Positions 26,919-37,420 are shown, counted from the stretch's first letter. The stretch is 48,888 bases of DNA from a virus (IMGVR_UViG_3300021476_000274:1-48888); one strand, 5' to 3'. A program made the numbers and translations. Notes: generated by a model from the letters alone, not told the origin.

Positions 26919-27827
26919 ATGCCAGCCAGTCAGCTTTCATTCCCCAGAGAAGAATCACAGAATCAGCCTTGGATTCAACGATTTCCTAAAGACGAGGAAT
27001 CTGGTCCGATGCGGCTCCTTAAGGGTGAGGAGTATGCGTTACTTCAGCGATTCCGTGATTTTGCCTTCATCAACGGCGGTCTCCCGACCGACCCGCGTGT
27101 CTTAAGGCGCTTGGCCGCCACTTACCACGTATCGAGCTATAAGTTCGCAAAAATTTGGCCCATCATCGAAAGTTTTTTTGAAATTTTTAACGACGTTTTT
27201 CAGTTTCCAGCCGACGAAGAAAAGCGAAAGTCTCGCTTGATACTTATCGCTAAACGACAGTTATCAGGGATGTTAGGTGCTGCTGCCAGGTGGGACAATA
27301 TGTGTCCACAAAAGCGGGGTATAGTAAAAGCAAACCAGATGGCAAACGCATGGCAAACTTCCCCTTCAGAACCACAACCAGAACCACATACAAAAGAGGA
27401 GGAACCACCACCACCCCCAACCCCCCCCTCCTCGCTGGACGAAACCAGCACGGTTGGTGGTGGTGGTGTCCCCCCCGATAAACCCATCACCGAACCGCCG
27501 CAACCCCTTCCCGACATTGGGGAACAAGACTTCCATGCCATTGTGCAGCGAACCTTAGATCTCCGGATGGCGGCCCCATCCCGGCCATTAGCAGCCAAGA
27601 TCCGCGCAACCTTCAAAAACAAAAACACTTCTGAAATGATAGAGTTACTTGTCAGGTGGGATGGACAAGATCACGCCGGGCTGTGGGGTAGCAAGACTTT
27701 AGCCGATTTCGAACTAGAAGCCGCCAGACAACGGGGCCAACCACAAAAAATGACGGCTCGTGAGGAAAGTTACGACCGACTGATGCGCCGGGCCGCAGAA
27801 CGGGATCGGGCCGCCGGACGAGGATAA
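26919..27827 (+). CDS. Phage replication initiator-like protein (YdaU/DUF1376-like N-terminus); start uncertain
   Basis: GGLPTDPRVLRRLA...W, then a low-complexity Pro-rich linker and a C-terminal domain. Confidence 0.65.
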   Translation: MPASQLSFPREESQNQPWIQRFPKDEESGPMRLLKGEEYALLQRFRDFAFINGGLPTDPRVLRRLAATYHVSSYKFAKIWPIIESFFEIFNDVFQFPADEEKRKSRLILIAKRQLSGMLGAAARWDNMCPQKRGIVKANQMANAWQTSPSEPQPEPHTKEEEPPPPPTPPSSLDETSTVGGGGVPPDKPITEPPQPLPDIGEQDFHAIVQRTLDLRMAAPSRPLAAKIRATFKNKNTSEMIELLVRWDGQDHAGLWGSKTLADFELEAARQRGQPQKMTAREESYDRLMRRAAERDRAAGRG

Positions 27828-27872
27828 AAACCCCTTGCCTTGGGGAAGGCAGTCGCTGTATGCTGGAATTCC

Positions 27873-28352
27873 ATGTCAGCCAAACCGTTGGCGCCAAACG
27901 CAACCGACAAACCCACAGAAAAACAGTTCATCGCCGCAGCGTTTGCGATTTGCGATCTCGTGCCTTTCGCCCCGACAAGCGAACCAGCTCGGGAACTATT
28001 GGGCCGCTCCATGGTGCAGTTCGTCCAAACCAACGAACAACTCGATTGGCTCGTGAGCGCTGTGGTCAACAATCTGCGGCAGTGGGCCGGCCTTGCAGAA
28101 CTGCGGGCGATCTATGCGACCAGGTTCGGGAAACCCACAGACGGTGAAATCGTCACAAGTGCGACGACGCCGGGCTTTCGAGACGAAGACCTAGAGCAGC
28201 AATTCTACGAACGCGAAGCCGCCGAGACTAGCAAAAAACTCGACCAGTATCGCGCGGAGCGCGCGGCGCTCCCGGCCACGGAGCGCGTCGCTATCGACAA
28301 TCTGACCAGCACCATCGACCAGGTAGCCAAAAGCAAAACGATGGCGAACTAA
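27873..28352 (+). CDS. Hypothetical replication-associated protein
   Basis: Follows the initiator-like gene. Confidence 0.55.
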   Translation: MSAKPLAPNATDKPTEKQFIAAAFAICDLVPFAPTSEPARELLGRSMVQFVQTNEQLDWLVSAVVNNLRQWAGLAELRAIYATRFGKPTDGEIVTSATTPGFRDEDLEQQFYEREAAETSKKLDQYRAERAALPATERVAIDNLTSTIDQVAKSKTMAN

Positions 28353-28789
28353 AGGCCATCAAACAACGGCAATGGCTTGGCTTCGATCCTGGCGCGGGCC
28401 ATTCGTTTGCGCAACGCAGCCGTGGCCTTCTGGTGACACGCCGTACAGAGAGTCCGCATGTTCTGGAGGTCGCATTCGCCCCCGCCCTCGATGACCGGCA
28501 CGATGTGATCGGCCTGCCAAAGATGACCGGTCCGGCCCTTAGGCTTTGCCGCAACGGTATCGAGTCCACATTCCGCACATAGGCCCTTGTCGCGTTCATA
28601 AACCATCCGGCGCAAATAGCCCGGATTAGTCCGGAGTTTCCATTGGTGGACACATGATCCACTACAAAACGTCGAGCGGCGTTTCGGTACCTCAGCCCCA
28701 CAGTTGCGACAAAGATGCCGACCACTTGGACCAACCGGAAGACTAGATGGGTTCACCCATCCGCCTCGTGATGTACGGCGCGTCGTCAT
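28349..28789 (-). CDS. HNH endonuclease
   Basis: RDKGLCAECG...WQADHIVPV...NMRTLCTACH. Confidence 0.9.
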   Translation of the reverse strand: MTTRRTSRGGWVNPSSLPVGPSGRHLCRNCGAEVPKRRSTFCSGSCVHQWKLRTNPGYLRRMVYERDKGLCAECGLDTVAAKPKGRTGHLWQADHIVPVIEGGGECDLQNMRTLCTACHQKATAALRKRMARARIEAKPLPLFDGL

Positions 28790-29013
28790 GTCGGCCATTT
28801 GCGTTTCTGCCGCTTGGACCACAGCATCCCGAATCTCCACCACCGCATGAACCAAACGTTGTGCATGGCGACGTTGAGATGCCAAGCCAATCGATCCGGA
28901 ACAGAAGCCTCACAGCTTTCGCAAAACGGGCGACGCCAAGCACCACGCTTTGTGGTCTTGGGCATGCCGCAAAGCGAACACGCAGAAGACCGGAGAATTT
29001 CGTACCACGTCAT
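28786..29013 (-). CDS. Small zinc-finger protein
   Basis: CSLC...CESC; coupled. Confidence 0.55.
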   Translation of the reverse strand: MTWYEILRSSACSLCGMPKTTKRGAWRRPFCESCEASVPDRLAWHLNVAMHNVWFMRWWRFGMLWSKRQKRKWPT

Positions 29014-29471
29014 CGCGATTCCAGCCTGACGATGCGGCGTTCGAGATCCGCGATTTTGACCTTCAATTCCTTGATCGAAACCCGGATGATTTTTTCAAGC
29101 CGGATCTTGAGCGGCCCGAAGGCGCCGCCGTGGTGATGAAACTCTTTGCGGCATTGCTCGGTGTCGAATCGCTGCCATGGCGTTTCGGGCCAATAGAGGC
29201 GGTTGCAATTGTGGCAATGTCGGCGATGAGGCTTTTGCTTGGGCTTAATTTCTCGCGGCCGTTCAATGTCGAGCGGGCCGAAGGCTTTATAAAATGCCGT
29301 CCGGCATTGGTCGGTATCGAATCGCTGCCATTTGGTTTCGGGCCAGAATAGCCGGTTGCAGTTGCGGCAGCGCCGGCGGCGTACCTTTTCCTTGGGCCTC
29401 CATCGGTCCGATCCAATCGGAGGGGTATTGTTGGATGCTTGCATAGTATCCAATATACTATGCGTCCACAC
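29010..29471 (-). CDS. Protein with two tandem Cys modules and a coiled-coil tail
   Basis: CxNCNRLxWPETxWQRFDTxQCR occurs twice. Confidence 0.65.
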   Translation of the reverse strand: MWTHSILDTMQASNNTPPIGSDRWRPKEKVRRRRCRNCNRLFWPETKWQRFDTDQCRTAFYKAFGPLDIERPREIKPKQKPHRRHCHNCNRLYWPETPWQRFDTEQCRKEFHHHGGAFGPLKIRLEKIIRVSIKELKVKIADLERRIVRLESR

Positions 29472-29671
29472 ATACGATATTTGCGTCTACGCAATGGCCG
29501 GATAGTGAAATTTTAGATAAATGATCCAGTTTTAGCGAATGGACGCCCCAGGGAAAACGAACCTGTGCGCGAAAGGTCCCGATTCGGAGCACGACTCCTT
29601 CGACCACGGAAGGGAAGTATCCCGCGCAACACGGTCCGGTATAGAGAACGGTATCGCCTACTTGCACCCCC

Positions 29672-30100
29672 TCATGGTAGAGGCAAACCAAATGGATTGC
29701 TAGTCGATGGACCAGCGGCTGGTTGCGCTGGACGCTGTTGCGCCACCATTTTCTGGAACGCTTGGGTCATGCCTACGTAGCCGGGACCAATCACGCCCTC
29801 GATCAATTTGGCGACTGGTTCGTTGGCCAGAAACAACACCACGTCCCATGGCTGGCCGCTGGGCAATTTGATACTGCCGATTTTGAGCGTGGCCCAGGGC
29901 TGGCCTTGCGCCAAGACCGCACGGTAGCAGGTGCGCAATTGAATTTTCTGCTGATCGATCCATTCGTCAATCTGCTGGTCCGTTAAGGCGGGCGCTCCGT
30001 TGGGTTGCATGGCTAGACGGCCTTTTTCTTCCTGGTGGGATTCTTTTTTGCGCTTGTGCTTAGGAATCGATGACGCCGCATCATTCGGTAGGGCATCCAT
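29672..30100 (-). CDS. Hypothetical protein
   Basis: Intact ORF in the operon. Confidence 0.55.
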   Translation of the reverse strand: MDALPNDAASSIPKHKRKKESHQEEKGRLAMQPNGAPALTDQQIDEWIDQQKIQLRTCYRAVLAQGQPWATLKIGSIKLPSGQPWDVVLFLANEPVAKLIEGVIGPGYVGMTQAFQKMVAQQRPAQPAAGPSTSNPFGLPLP

Positions 30101-30304
30101 GCCTCGTCCGCATCAGCACATCTCTTTATCGCCACAGGAACACGTTCATTCATTAGGCTCAACAGCAGCGCGGCTTCTTGTGGATCATAGCAATGCATGA
30201 GCGATTCCCCATAGCCACTCATCAGGATCCGAAAGTGCAAATGGGCAAATGGGATCGAAGTCGTTCGATGCGACAGGCATCCCTCGCTGGATCTGATTTT
30301 GCCT

Positions 30305-31981
30305 TCATGATGCCATCGCTTCTTGTTTGGCCTGCTGTTCTGCCCATTCGTCGTAGCCGAAGAACTCGTCGAGGAACTTGGCGTACTTCTGCGGCATTCC
30401 CTGAATTCTGGACCACAGATCCGATTCGCGGATGAGCTGATCGAACTTTTGACGGCCGAGCGTTTCCTTGATGGTGCCGTAGGCTTGCCGGCCTTCCGGC
30501 GTATTGCCGGCACCAGATCCTCCCGACAAGATGTATTCGGCAAACGTATAGCCGCTGAAATTGGGATCGAAGAAGTGAGCTAGAAACGCAGGTGCCACGC
30601 GCCCGACAAAGGGCCGGTACTGGGCGAGTGGATCGTCCGGATTGGCTGGGGGAACCGTCGGGATGCCGGTTCCGTTGGGGGACTGCGGCATCATTTGCTG
30701 GAGCGGATTGGCTTTGGCGGCCGTGGCCAAATCCTCTGCTGGGTTCCGGGGCTGCGCAGCCTTCATGTTGTACAGGATGTTGGCCCCCAGCGCCAAGATA
30801 CTGGTCAGTCCCCCGACAATCGGGACGATGTTTTCGCTGATGACGGCGCCGAGACTTTTTTCCGGTGCTTTGGGCGGGCGTTCCGGCGGCGCAGGCTCGC
30901 GGTCGTTATCGTGCGACCAGCCCATCACGTCCGCCAGCCGCTTCAGTTTTTCGGCTTGATCCAGCAATTGATCCAGGCCGTTGGCGGGCGCAACCGGAAC
31001 AGCGACAGCCGAGGATTCCTTGGTCTTGCTCTCCATGACCTTTTCAAGAAACGCCAGATTTTTCTCCTGCATGGCGGACATCTTGTCCAGCATCACCATC
31101 GTGCCGCCGTCGCCCATGAGTTGCTTGGCGGCCGTCAGCATTTCGACAGGATTGAACTGGTGCCCGGCATGTTGAGTCACCATATCGACCACTCCTTTCG
31201 CGGCATTCGCGTACATGTTGCCGATGGCGGTCACGACCTGCACGGTCCCCTCCGGTGTCTGGCCCGGCTCTTGGGCTTGGGCTTCAGCTTCGGCTGCTTC
31301 AACGCGGGCTTCGGCTTCAGCCTCCGCCGATTCCTTGGCAGAATTGGCCTGCTCTACCGCTGTCTTGCTGATCGTCACGACCGCATCGGCCATCGTCTTC
31401 ATGGCGTCACCCATTGCGTTTCCGGCCATTTCGTCCTCCTCAGGAGTGTATTCCCACGGCAACTTGACATTCAACTTCATCAGGTCGCGAATGTACGATT
31501 GGTTCGCTGGTGTGTTGACCAGGGTTGAATAATCAAGGACTGGCGGGTAAAGGTGCAGATCTTGAGCCGACACATACGCCCGGCAAAGGATGTCAGACAA
31601 GCCCCGTTCCTTCAGGTCAAAACGATAATCTCCAGATCCATAGCCGGGCCGTTGCATGATCTGGGTCTCAAAGTTTTCGGGATCGAACGGACATGCACCT
31701 TCGATCACTTCCCAAGCATGATCTTTGCGCTCTGGCTCGACCAATTCCATCTTGACTTGGGGCCAAGTCCGGTAGACGCTGACGTACACCAAATCCAGCA
31801 TGGACTTCGGAATCTTAGTTGCCCAGTATTCGAAGAAATATTTACACCGCGCTTTGGACAAGACTTCCCAACGCGGGAGTGGGAACTGAGTTTCGGGACG
31901 TTTTTTACGGCCAAACGGCCCTTCGCGCACCCGTTGTTTGATGGCTGCTCGTACTTCTGGTGGAGTTGCGCTGCTGCTCAT
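30305..31981 (-). CDS. Large hypothetical protein (Met/Ala-rich helical centre, one TM-like segment)
   Basis: 558-aa ORF divergent from the virion operon. Confidence 0.8.
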   Translation of the reverse strand: MSSSATPPEVRAAIKQRVREGPFGRKKRPETQFPLPRWEVLSKARCKYFFEYWATKIPKSMLDLVYVSVYRTWPQVKMELVEPERKDHAWEVIEGACPFDPENFETQIMQRPGYGSGDYRFDLKERGLSDILCRAYVSAQDLHLYPPVLDYSTLVNTPANQSYIRDLMKLNVKLPWEYTPEEDEMAGNAMGDAMKTMADAVVTISKTAVEQANSAKESAEAEAEARVEAAEAEAQAQEPGQTPEGTVQVVTAIGNMYANAAKGVVDMVTQHAGHQFNPVEMLTAAKQLMGDGGTMVMLDKMSAMQEKNLAFLEKVMESKTKESSAVAVPVAPANGLDQLLDQAEKLKRLADVMGWSHDNDREPAPPERPPKAPEKSLGAVISENIVPIVGGLTSILALGANILYNMKAAQPRNPAEDLATAAKANPLQQMMPQSPNGTGIPTVPPANPDDPLAQYRPFVGRVAPAFLAHFFDPNFSGYTFAEYILSGGSGAGNTPEGRQAYGTIKETLGRQKFDQLIRESDLWSRIQGMPQKYAKFLDEFFGYDEWAEQQAKQEAMAS

Positions 31982-32045
31982 CCCCGTAAAAACCTAATAC
32001 GATACAGCCGATGCCGGGTCGTTTCCATATAGCTTCTTACTGTAA

Positions 32046-32074
32046 TTGAACTACGTGTGGTTTGCAAGTATGAT
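32046..32074 (+). promoter_or_regulatory. Sigma70-type promoter of the virion operon
   Basis: TTGAAC-N17-TATGAT just upstream of the ATG at 32087. Confidence 0.65.
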
Positions 32075-32086
32075 GGGCCGAACGTG

Positions 32087-32752
32087 ATGGACACGGCCTA
32101 TCACTCAGAGTTCGGCCACACTCTTAACTACAAGTTCGACTGGTTACCGGACGATCCCGACGCCCAGATCCCGGTATCGATCCGCAAGATGATCGGCTAC
32201 ATGCTGGACGACGCCCGTTGGCCGCAGATCCAGGAACGCGCCCAATCCGCAGTAGCGATGGGGAACGGCGATCCCATCGCGGGATTGTGGCGGACCATCA
32301 AGGCGTTGTTGCGATTCAGCCACGACTCCGATATCGCGCACGCGCTTCAGACCTCCGATCCGCGGATACCCGATGTGGTCGAAGTGTTCATCCGACCGAT
32401 CGATCAGGAGTTGCTGATCCGGGCCAACGGATGGGGCATGGAGGACTGTGACGGGTTTGTCCTTTATGCCGGCTGTTTGCTCATGGCCCTCGGGATTCCA
32501 GCTTCGCTCGTGACCGTCGCGGCAGATCCAGCAGAACCCAATCGCTTCAGTCACGTGTATCTGGCGGCATATCCGAACGGCCGAAGGCTTCCGCTCGATT
32601 TCAGCCACGGACCGGAACCCGGCTGGGAATGCCGGCATCTCGGCCGCATCGAGGAATGGCCCATTGAACGCACGATGGACCGGCGGCTCGTGATTGCCAG
32701 CATGCTCATTATCGTGGCGCTAGTTTGGGCGGCCAAGCGGAGACGCGCATGA
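32087..32752 (+). CDS. Transglutaminase-like cysteine protease/ligase with a C-terminal membrane anchor
   Basis: Triad motifs EDCDG (Cys), FSHVY (His) and LPLD (Asp); TM segment followed by KRRR. Confidence 0.8.
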   Translation: MDTAYHSEFGHTLNYKFDWLPDDPDAQIPVSIRKMIGYMLDDARWPQIQERAQSAVAMGNGDPIAGLWRTIKALLRFSHDSDIAHALQTSDPRIPDVVEVFIRPIDQELLIRANGWGMEDCDGFVLYAGCLLMALGIPASLVTVAADPAEPNRFSHVYLAAYPNGRRLPLDFSHGPEPGWECRHLGRIEEWPIERTMDRRLVIASMLIIVALVWAAKRRRA

Positions 32753-33111
32753 TGATTCCGGTTCCGGCGGTGTATCCACATTCTATGCCGGGTCTGGGAC
32801 AGTTTACCTGCGCGGATGGCAGCAGTCCCGATCCCACGACCGGCCTGTGTGCCAGCGGCGCCAGTCCTAGCGTTGCGGCCCAAATCGCCACCGTCCTGAC
32901 TGCTGCCGGCGGCGCCGCCACGCAGGCCGTCAATGCCGCCAATGCTCCCGCCGGTTACGTCTACAACGCCGCGACAGGCCGTTATGTTCCGGCCGTCGGC
33001 GCGTTCGGGTTGCCGGGTGTATCGACGACCGTGGGGATTTCGGGAAGCTTGATGCTGCCGTTGATTGCGATTGCGCTGGTGGGAGTCGTATTGCTGATGA
33101 TGAGGAAATAA
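32749..33111 (+). CDS. Tail-anchored virion membrane protein (GLG-Q leader)
   Basis: MPGLG|QFTC; C-terminal TM segment followed by RK. Confidence 0.7.
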   Translation: MMIPVPAVYPHSMPGLGQFTCADGSSPDPTTGLCASGASPSVAAQIATVLTAAGGAATQAVNAANAPAGYVYNAATGRYVPAVGAFGLPGVSTTVGISGSLMLPLIAIALVGVVLLMMRK

Positions 33112-33121
33112 GAGGGAACCT

Positions 33122-33343
33122 ATGGCGTCTACGTCTAGGCGAGTATCCGCGAGCCTTTCGGATTTGCGCCGGATTTACCGGGCCGGTGCGCGCGGCGCGC
33201 GGGTATCGCTCGCGGCGCGCGTAGCTGCCTCCGGGTCAAAGCGCCGCAAACCAAATAAGAAAAGGCGCAATGCTCCGCGTCTCCGCGCTGCGAAGCCTCA
33301 CAGACGGACACGGAAACGCACAGCTAAGAAGGGACGGCGATGA
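33122..33343 (+). CDS. Arg/Lys-rich DNA-condensing protein candidate
   Basis: GAGGG RBS; very basic 73 aa. Confidence 0.65.
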   Translation: MASTSRRVSASLSDLRRIYRAGARGARVSLAARVAASGSKRRKPNKKRRNAPRLRAAKPHRRTRKRTAKKGRR

Positions 33344-33432
33344 AGAAGCCTCGTCCGCTCCCCAAACTCGTCATCAAGATCGCGCCCAAGAAACGTAAGA
33401 ACCGGAAGCGCCGTAACGCCAAGCGGAAATGA
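33340..33432 (+). CDS. 30-aa basic peptide (missing from the ORF track)
   Basis: MKKPRPLPKLVIKIAPKKRKNRKRRNAKRK; ATGA overlaps at both ends. Confidence 0.6.
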   Translation: MKKPRPLPKLVIKIAPKKRKNRKRRNAKRK

Positions 33433-34073
33433 TTCAGCCCTACAGTTTCGAATCTGCCCGGTGGCATCCTGCAATGCGCGGCAGCACGCTCGCGGGCATG
33501 GGACAAACGCCAGCCCAGATATCCGGACAAGTTGGCGGCGCGCTCATGAGCATCGTGCCCGCCACGGGTCCCGGCGCGCCGTTCGTTGCGGCCGCAGCGG
33601 GCGTTGCGCAATTGGTCAGCGCGGCCTTCAGTTTATTTTCCGGTTGCGGTCAGACCTGTGTCCAGACCTCCAACTACGCCAATCAAGCCGAAGCGTTGCT
33701 CAACCAGATCAAACAGCAATATTTCGCCACGCCCACGCCCCGGCCACAGTCGTTTCAAGCCTCCACTCTCGCGAGCATCCAACAGATTTTCACGTGGCTC
33801 AAGCAGATGTGCAGCCAGCCCAGCATGGGGACCGCGGGACAGAACTGCATCTCGCAACGATTGGTCCAGGGTGCCCCGGCTCCTTGGTGCCCCAATCCCG
33901 GCAATACCGGATGCGATTGGGTCACGAACTATTATGTCCCGATCGAAAACGACCCGAACGTTGTGCCGGACGCTTCACTCGCAAGCGCGTCAATCACGGT
34001 TTCCGGTTCACCCAGTTATGTGCCTCTCTTGCTGATTGCCGCCGCCGTCATGGGAGTCGTGCTGCTTTTATGA
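33429..34073 (+). CDS. Tail-anchored virion membrane protein (GMG-Q leader, Cys-rich)
   Basis: LAGMG|QTP; C-terminal TM segment. Confidence 0.75.
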   Translation: MIQPYSFESARWHPAMRGSTLAGMGQTPAQISGQVGGALMSIVPATGPGAPFVAAAAGVAQLVSAAFSLFSGCGQTCVQTSNYANQAEALLNQIKQQYFATPTPRPQSFQASTLASIQQIFTWLKQMCSQPSMGTAGQNCISQRLVQGAPAPWCPNPGNTGCDWVTNYYVPIENDPNVVPDASLASASITVSGSPSYVPLLLIAAAVMGVVLLL

Positions 34074-35284
34074 TGATGCCGTCGCACATGCTCCACGGTC
34101 CCCATCAACGCTATCCCGGTCCTCCGGTTCATGCGGTCCATCTGCGGGGATTAGCCGCGATACCGGTTCTTTATTTGGGCCACATCGACGACCTGCTGCA
34201 AGAGATCAAGGGGCTTCGAGGATTAGGCCAGAGTTCCACGACGGTTCCGACGGCGTTCAATCCCGCGACCGACTATGTTCCGGGAAGCACGATTTTGGAC
34301 AGCGGCGGCAATGTGGAAGTCTATACCGGGTCGGGTTGGACGACCAACAGCGGCACCCAGCAAGTGCAGCAGCAGCTTTACGCTACTGGCGCTTTGCAGT
34401 ATCCATCCAACGTGCTGGCGACCGGCGCACCGGTAAGCAATCCCGGAACGCCTAATTACGTTCCGACTCCCGTGGCGGGGATCACGGGCAACACCATGGT
34501 GCCGGATCTGGATTCCATGCTGGCCAAGTTGCTCCAGGAAAACCAGAGCATGAGTCCGCAGGCCCAAGCCAATCAAGGGCTGCCTTCGGCCCAAGACGTT
34601 TCTAACGATATGGTCCAGCAGGCGGTGGCGTATTGCCAGCTTTATCCGGGCGCTTGCGCGGGCGCAAATATTCAGCAGATTGCCGCCAGCTACGGCAAGC
34701 AGTATGAGACTTGGGCCGCCACGCAGCCGATTGGCGAATACGTGAATCAAGGCTCCGGCCCGGTCAACAATACGCCCATCACGCAGGTCAATTGGAACAG
34801 CTTGCTGACGCCCCAGGAACTCGCGGCATCGCCGCAAGTCGTGGCACCCAAGGCCCCCGGTGAAGCATACGATCTGGGGACCGGACCGCTGCCTCAAAAT
34901 TATTCGGTGCCTTATGTAGATGGCAACGGCAACCCAGTTCCCGGCACTGCGCCGGGCGCTACCGCCACGGTCGGATGGGTCAATCAGCAAGGCGCGACCG
35001 TCGCGTCTCCCACGGCTGGATCTGGCGCCATGGCCGTGACGCCCCACGGGATCGTGGCACCAGCCGGCACCACGCCTTCGGCAGCCGCGACTCAGGCCGC
35101 TTCTCATTTAATTTCCGTTGCTGCTAGCGGAACATCCGGTGGCACTGGTGGAACACCTGCCGCTAATTCGTGCTGGACCTTGTTCAGTGCAACGGAAACC
35201 TGCATTGGTCCTGTGGGTTCATGGACCGCGCTCGCGATTGTGGGCGCCCTGGTCGGTTTGTATTTTCTGACCAAGAAACATTAG
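34070..35284 (+). CDS. Tail-anchored virion membrane protein (GLG-Q leader)
   Basis: ATGA-coupled start; LRGLG|QSS; TM segment followed by KKH. Confidence 0.75.
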   Translation: MMMPSHMLHGPHQRYPGPPVHAVHLRGLAAIPVLYLGHIDDLLQEIKGLRGLGQSSTTVPTAFNPATDYVPGSTILDSGGNVEVYTGSGWTTNSGTQQVQQQLYATGALQYPSNVLATGAPVSNPGTPNYVPTPVAGITGNTMVPDLDSMLAKLLQENQSMSPQAQANQGLPSAQDVSNDMVQQAVAYCQLYPGACAGANIQQIAASYGKQYETWAATQPIGEYVNQGSGPVNNTPITQVNWNSLLTPQELAASPQVVAPKAPGEAYDLGTGPLPQNYSVPYVDGNGNPVPGTAPGATATVGWVNQQGATVASPTAGSGAMAVTPHGIVAPAGTTPSAAATQAASHLISVAASGTSGGTGGTPAANSCWTLFSATETCIGPVGSWTALAIVGALVGLYFLTKKH

Positions 35285-35285
35285 T

Positions 35286-35714
35286 ATGGCGGTTTTCTCA
35301 ACAGCCCCGTCGCCCGGCGCGCCTCCCATCGGGGCCATCGTGTATCCCGGGCAGGATTGGGGCAACGCCACGGTCGTCGAGCAACTGAGCGGCGGCTACA
35401 TGGTGACGGGCTATGCCGGTATGGTGCCGGACGATGATTCGTCGGTTCAGTATACAGCCCAAATGCTGGCCGCCGCGCCGCCTCCAACGCCGCCGCCAAT
35501 CGTGGCCGCGCCGCCAATTTCACTGCCGCCACCTCCGGCCCTGACCCCCCAGAACATTGTGCAGCCGTTTCCCAACATCACGGCCGCAATTGCGCCTCAA
35601 CCGGTCGCGTGCTCGACGTGGGAACAACTGAACGGATGGATTGCCCAAAACCCGATCGTTGCGGTCGTGCTCTTGCTTGCGGCCGGTTGGATTGCATTAC
35701 CCAAAAGACGATGA
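35286..35714 (+). CDS. Pro-rich tail-anchored membrane protein
   Basis: TM segment followed by KRR at the C-terminus. Confidence 0.7.
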   Translation: MAVFSTAPSPGAPPIGAIVYPGQDWGNATVVEQLSGGYMVTGYAGMVPDDDSSVQYTAQMLAAAPPPTPPPIVAAPPISLPPPPALTPQNIVQPFPNITAAIAPQPVACSTWEQLNGWIAQNPIVAVVLLLAAGWIALPKRR

Positions 35715-36259
35715 ACGACCAAACCAAAACCATTCTGAAACTGTTGGTCGTCGCGGCTGGCGGCTTCGCGATCTGGTGGTACCTGAACCAGCCTGGGGCC
35801 GGCGGCGCACCCAGTCTTTGGCAACAGTGGTTCGGCGGAGTTGCGGTACCGGCTACCGGCGTGGTCACGAGTCCGGCGTCTACTACCGCTTCAGCGGCCG
35901 CTACCCCATCGCACACACAACCGGTTCTAGTGCTTCCGGCGTCTTACGTCCAAGCCGTGACCGCACTTCAAACGGCTGCGGGCAGCAATGCCCAAAACTT
36001 CGACCAATGGTCCTACTGGTGGCAAAATTCGGCTCCTCAATCCGGCTTGCCCGCTGGATTCGGCATCGCGAATTCCATCAGCCCCACCATGATCGACGCC
36101 ATGATTGCGGCGGGCGGCGGGGACCGAACTGCCCCGATGTCGGCGACCCAATGGGTCACGTTACTGTATCAAGAACAACAAGCCGGCGTATCGGGGCTGG
36201 GCATGATCCAGTGGACCGGCCAGACCTATCCAAATCCTTATTCAGGATGGCTGAACTGA
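35711..36259 (+). CDS. N-anchored membrane protein, paralog of 36653-37420
   Basis: N-terminal TM segment; NFDQWSYWW...MSATQW...SGLG. Confidence 0.7.
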   Translation: MNDQTKTILKLLVVAAGGFAIWWYLNQPGAGGAPSLWQQWFGGVAVPATGVVTSPASTTASAAATPSHTQPVLVLPASYVQAVTALQTAAGSNAQNFDQWSYWWQNSAPQSGLPAGFGIANSISPTMIDAMIAAGGGDRTAPMSATQWVTLLYQEQQAGVSGLGMIQWTGQTYPNPYSGWLN

Positions 36260-36651
36260 TGAAAGATTCTACCATCGTGACGTTGGCGCTGGTGGCGGCC
36301 GGAGTGTGGCTGCTGTACGAATGGTTCAATCAACAGACCCCAGCTGCTTCGATTCCGGTAGCGGTCCCGACCATTCCGATCACGACGACCGAACCCGCAA
36401 CCGTCACGATGCCTGCACCAATAACAACGGCGGTCAGCAGCACTCCAGCTATTCCTAGCAGCCAGGCTCAAACGCCAGTCACGCCGGTCGTCGCTCCGTT
36501 GCTACCGCCGAATCCCGTCGGAGGGGGAACATTTTATCCGTCTCAAACGCCATGTCCGCCGAACACCATCTGTCCCGTTGGCGCTGTGCTGTCGGGCGGT
36601 GGAGCTGGTCAAGCCGGCCTGCCCGGTGTTCCGTCCTGGTGGGTGAACTAG
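36259..36651 (+). CDS. N-anchored Pro/Thr-rich membrane protein
   Basis: MKDSTIVTLALVAAGVWLLYEW, followed by a mucin-like tract. Confidence 0.7.
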   Translation: MKDSTIVTLALVAAGVWLLYEWFNQQTPAASIPVAVPTIPITTTEPATVTMPAPITTAVSSTPAIPSSQAQTPVTPVVAPLLPPNPVGGGTFYPSQTPCPPNTICPVGAVLSGGGAGQAGLPGVPSWWVN

Positions 36652-36652
36652 C

Positions 36653-37420
36653 ATGGCGCAATCGTCTCCAGTCAACAGCCTCATCAGTCTGGGCATTGTC
36701 GTCGGGGTCGTGTGGGGCATTTACGAATGGCTCAAAGTGCAATGCGCCGCCGGAAGCGGAAGCCTATTGCAAGGCACGCCGGTGTGTAACGATTTCACAT
36801 CGCTCTTTACGCCCACTTCGGTAATGTCCTCATCGTCCACAGCTTCCGCACCTTCCGGCTCTACTGCCGTATCTGCTCCGTCATCAACTCAAACGCCTGC
36901 CGCTCCGGTCCAGACTCAACCGCCACCGCAAACCCAAGTTCCACCAGCGCCCGTAACTTCTCAGCCGGCCTGCAATGTTCCGGCCGGCTTCATCGTGACA
37001 GGTCCGGGGATCGCGATCAATCCCGTGACCGGTGGGGCGATGTCGGTTCCGGGATGCACGATCGGAGCGGGAACTTTATCGCCACCCGCGACCGTTTCGT
37101 CCACTGCGATTGTTACGCCCCAGATCGCATCTCCCCTAGTGGTCGCTGCGGGCTTCACGGACCCCACGACTCAATTGAATGTCGATAACTGGAGCTATTA
37201 TTACCTGAGCCTGACCGGCACGACGCTTTCCCCCACTGTCTTGCAAGCCGCGTTTCCGTACCTCACGGCAACCAATCGTGGGAGCATGACGGCTCAACAG
37301 TTTTTATCGGGGCTCCAAGGGGTCGGGGGCTTAAGCGGCTTGGGGTCCGATGTTGGAATCCCAATCCATCGGTTCCACGTGGGCGCTGTGCTGTGGCCCG
37401 TACATGGGGGACGCCAATGA
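36653..37420 (+). CDS. N-anchored Ser/Thr/Pro-rich membrane protein
   Basis: N-terminal TM segment; NVDNWSYYY...MTAQQF...SGLG. Confidence 0.7.
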   Translation: MAQSSPVNSLISLGIVVGVVWGIYEWLKVQCAAGSGSLLQGTPVCNDFTSLFTPTSVMSSSSTASAPSGSTAVSAPSSTQTPAAPVQTQPPPQTQVPPAPVTSQPACNVPAGFIVTGPGIAINPVTGGAMSVPGCTIGAGTLSPPATVSSTAIVTPQIASPLVVAAGFTDPTTQLNVDNWSYYYLSLTGTTLSPTVLQAAFPYLTATNRGSMTAQQFLSGLQGVGGLSGLGSDVGIPIHRFHVGAVLWPVHGGRQ

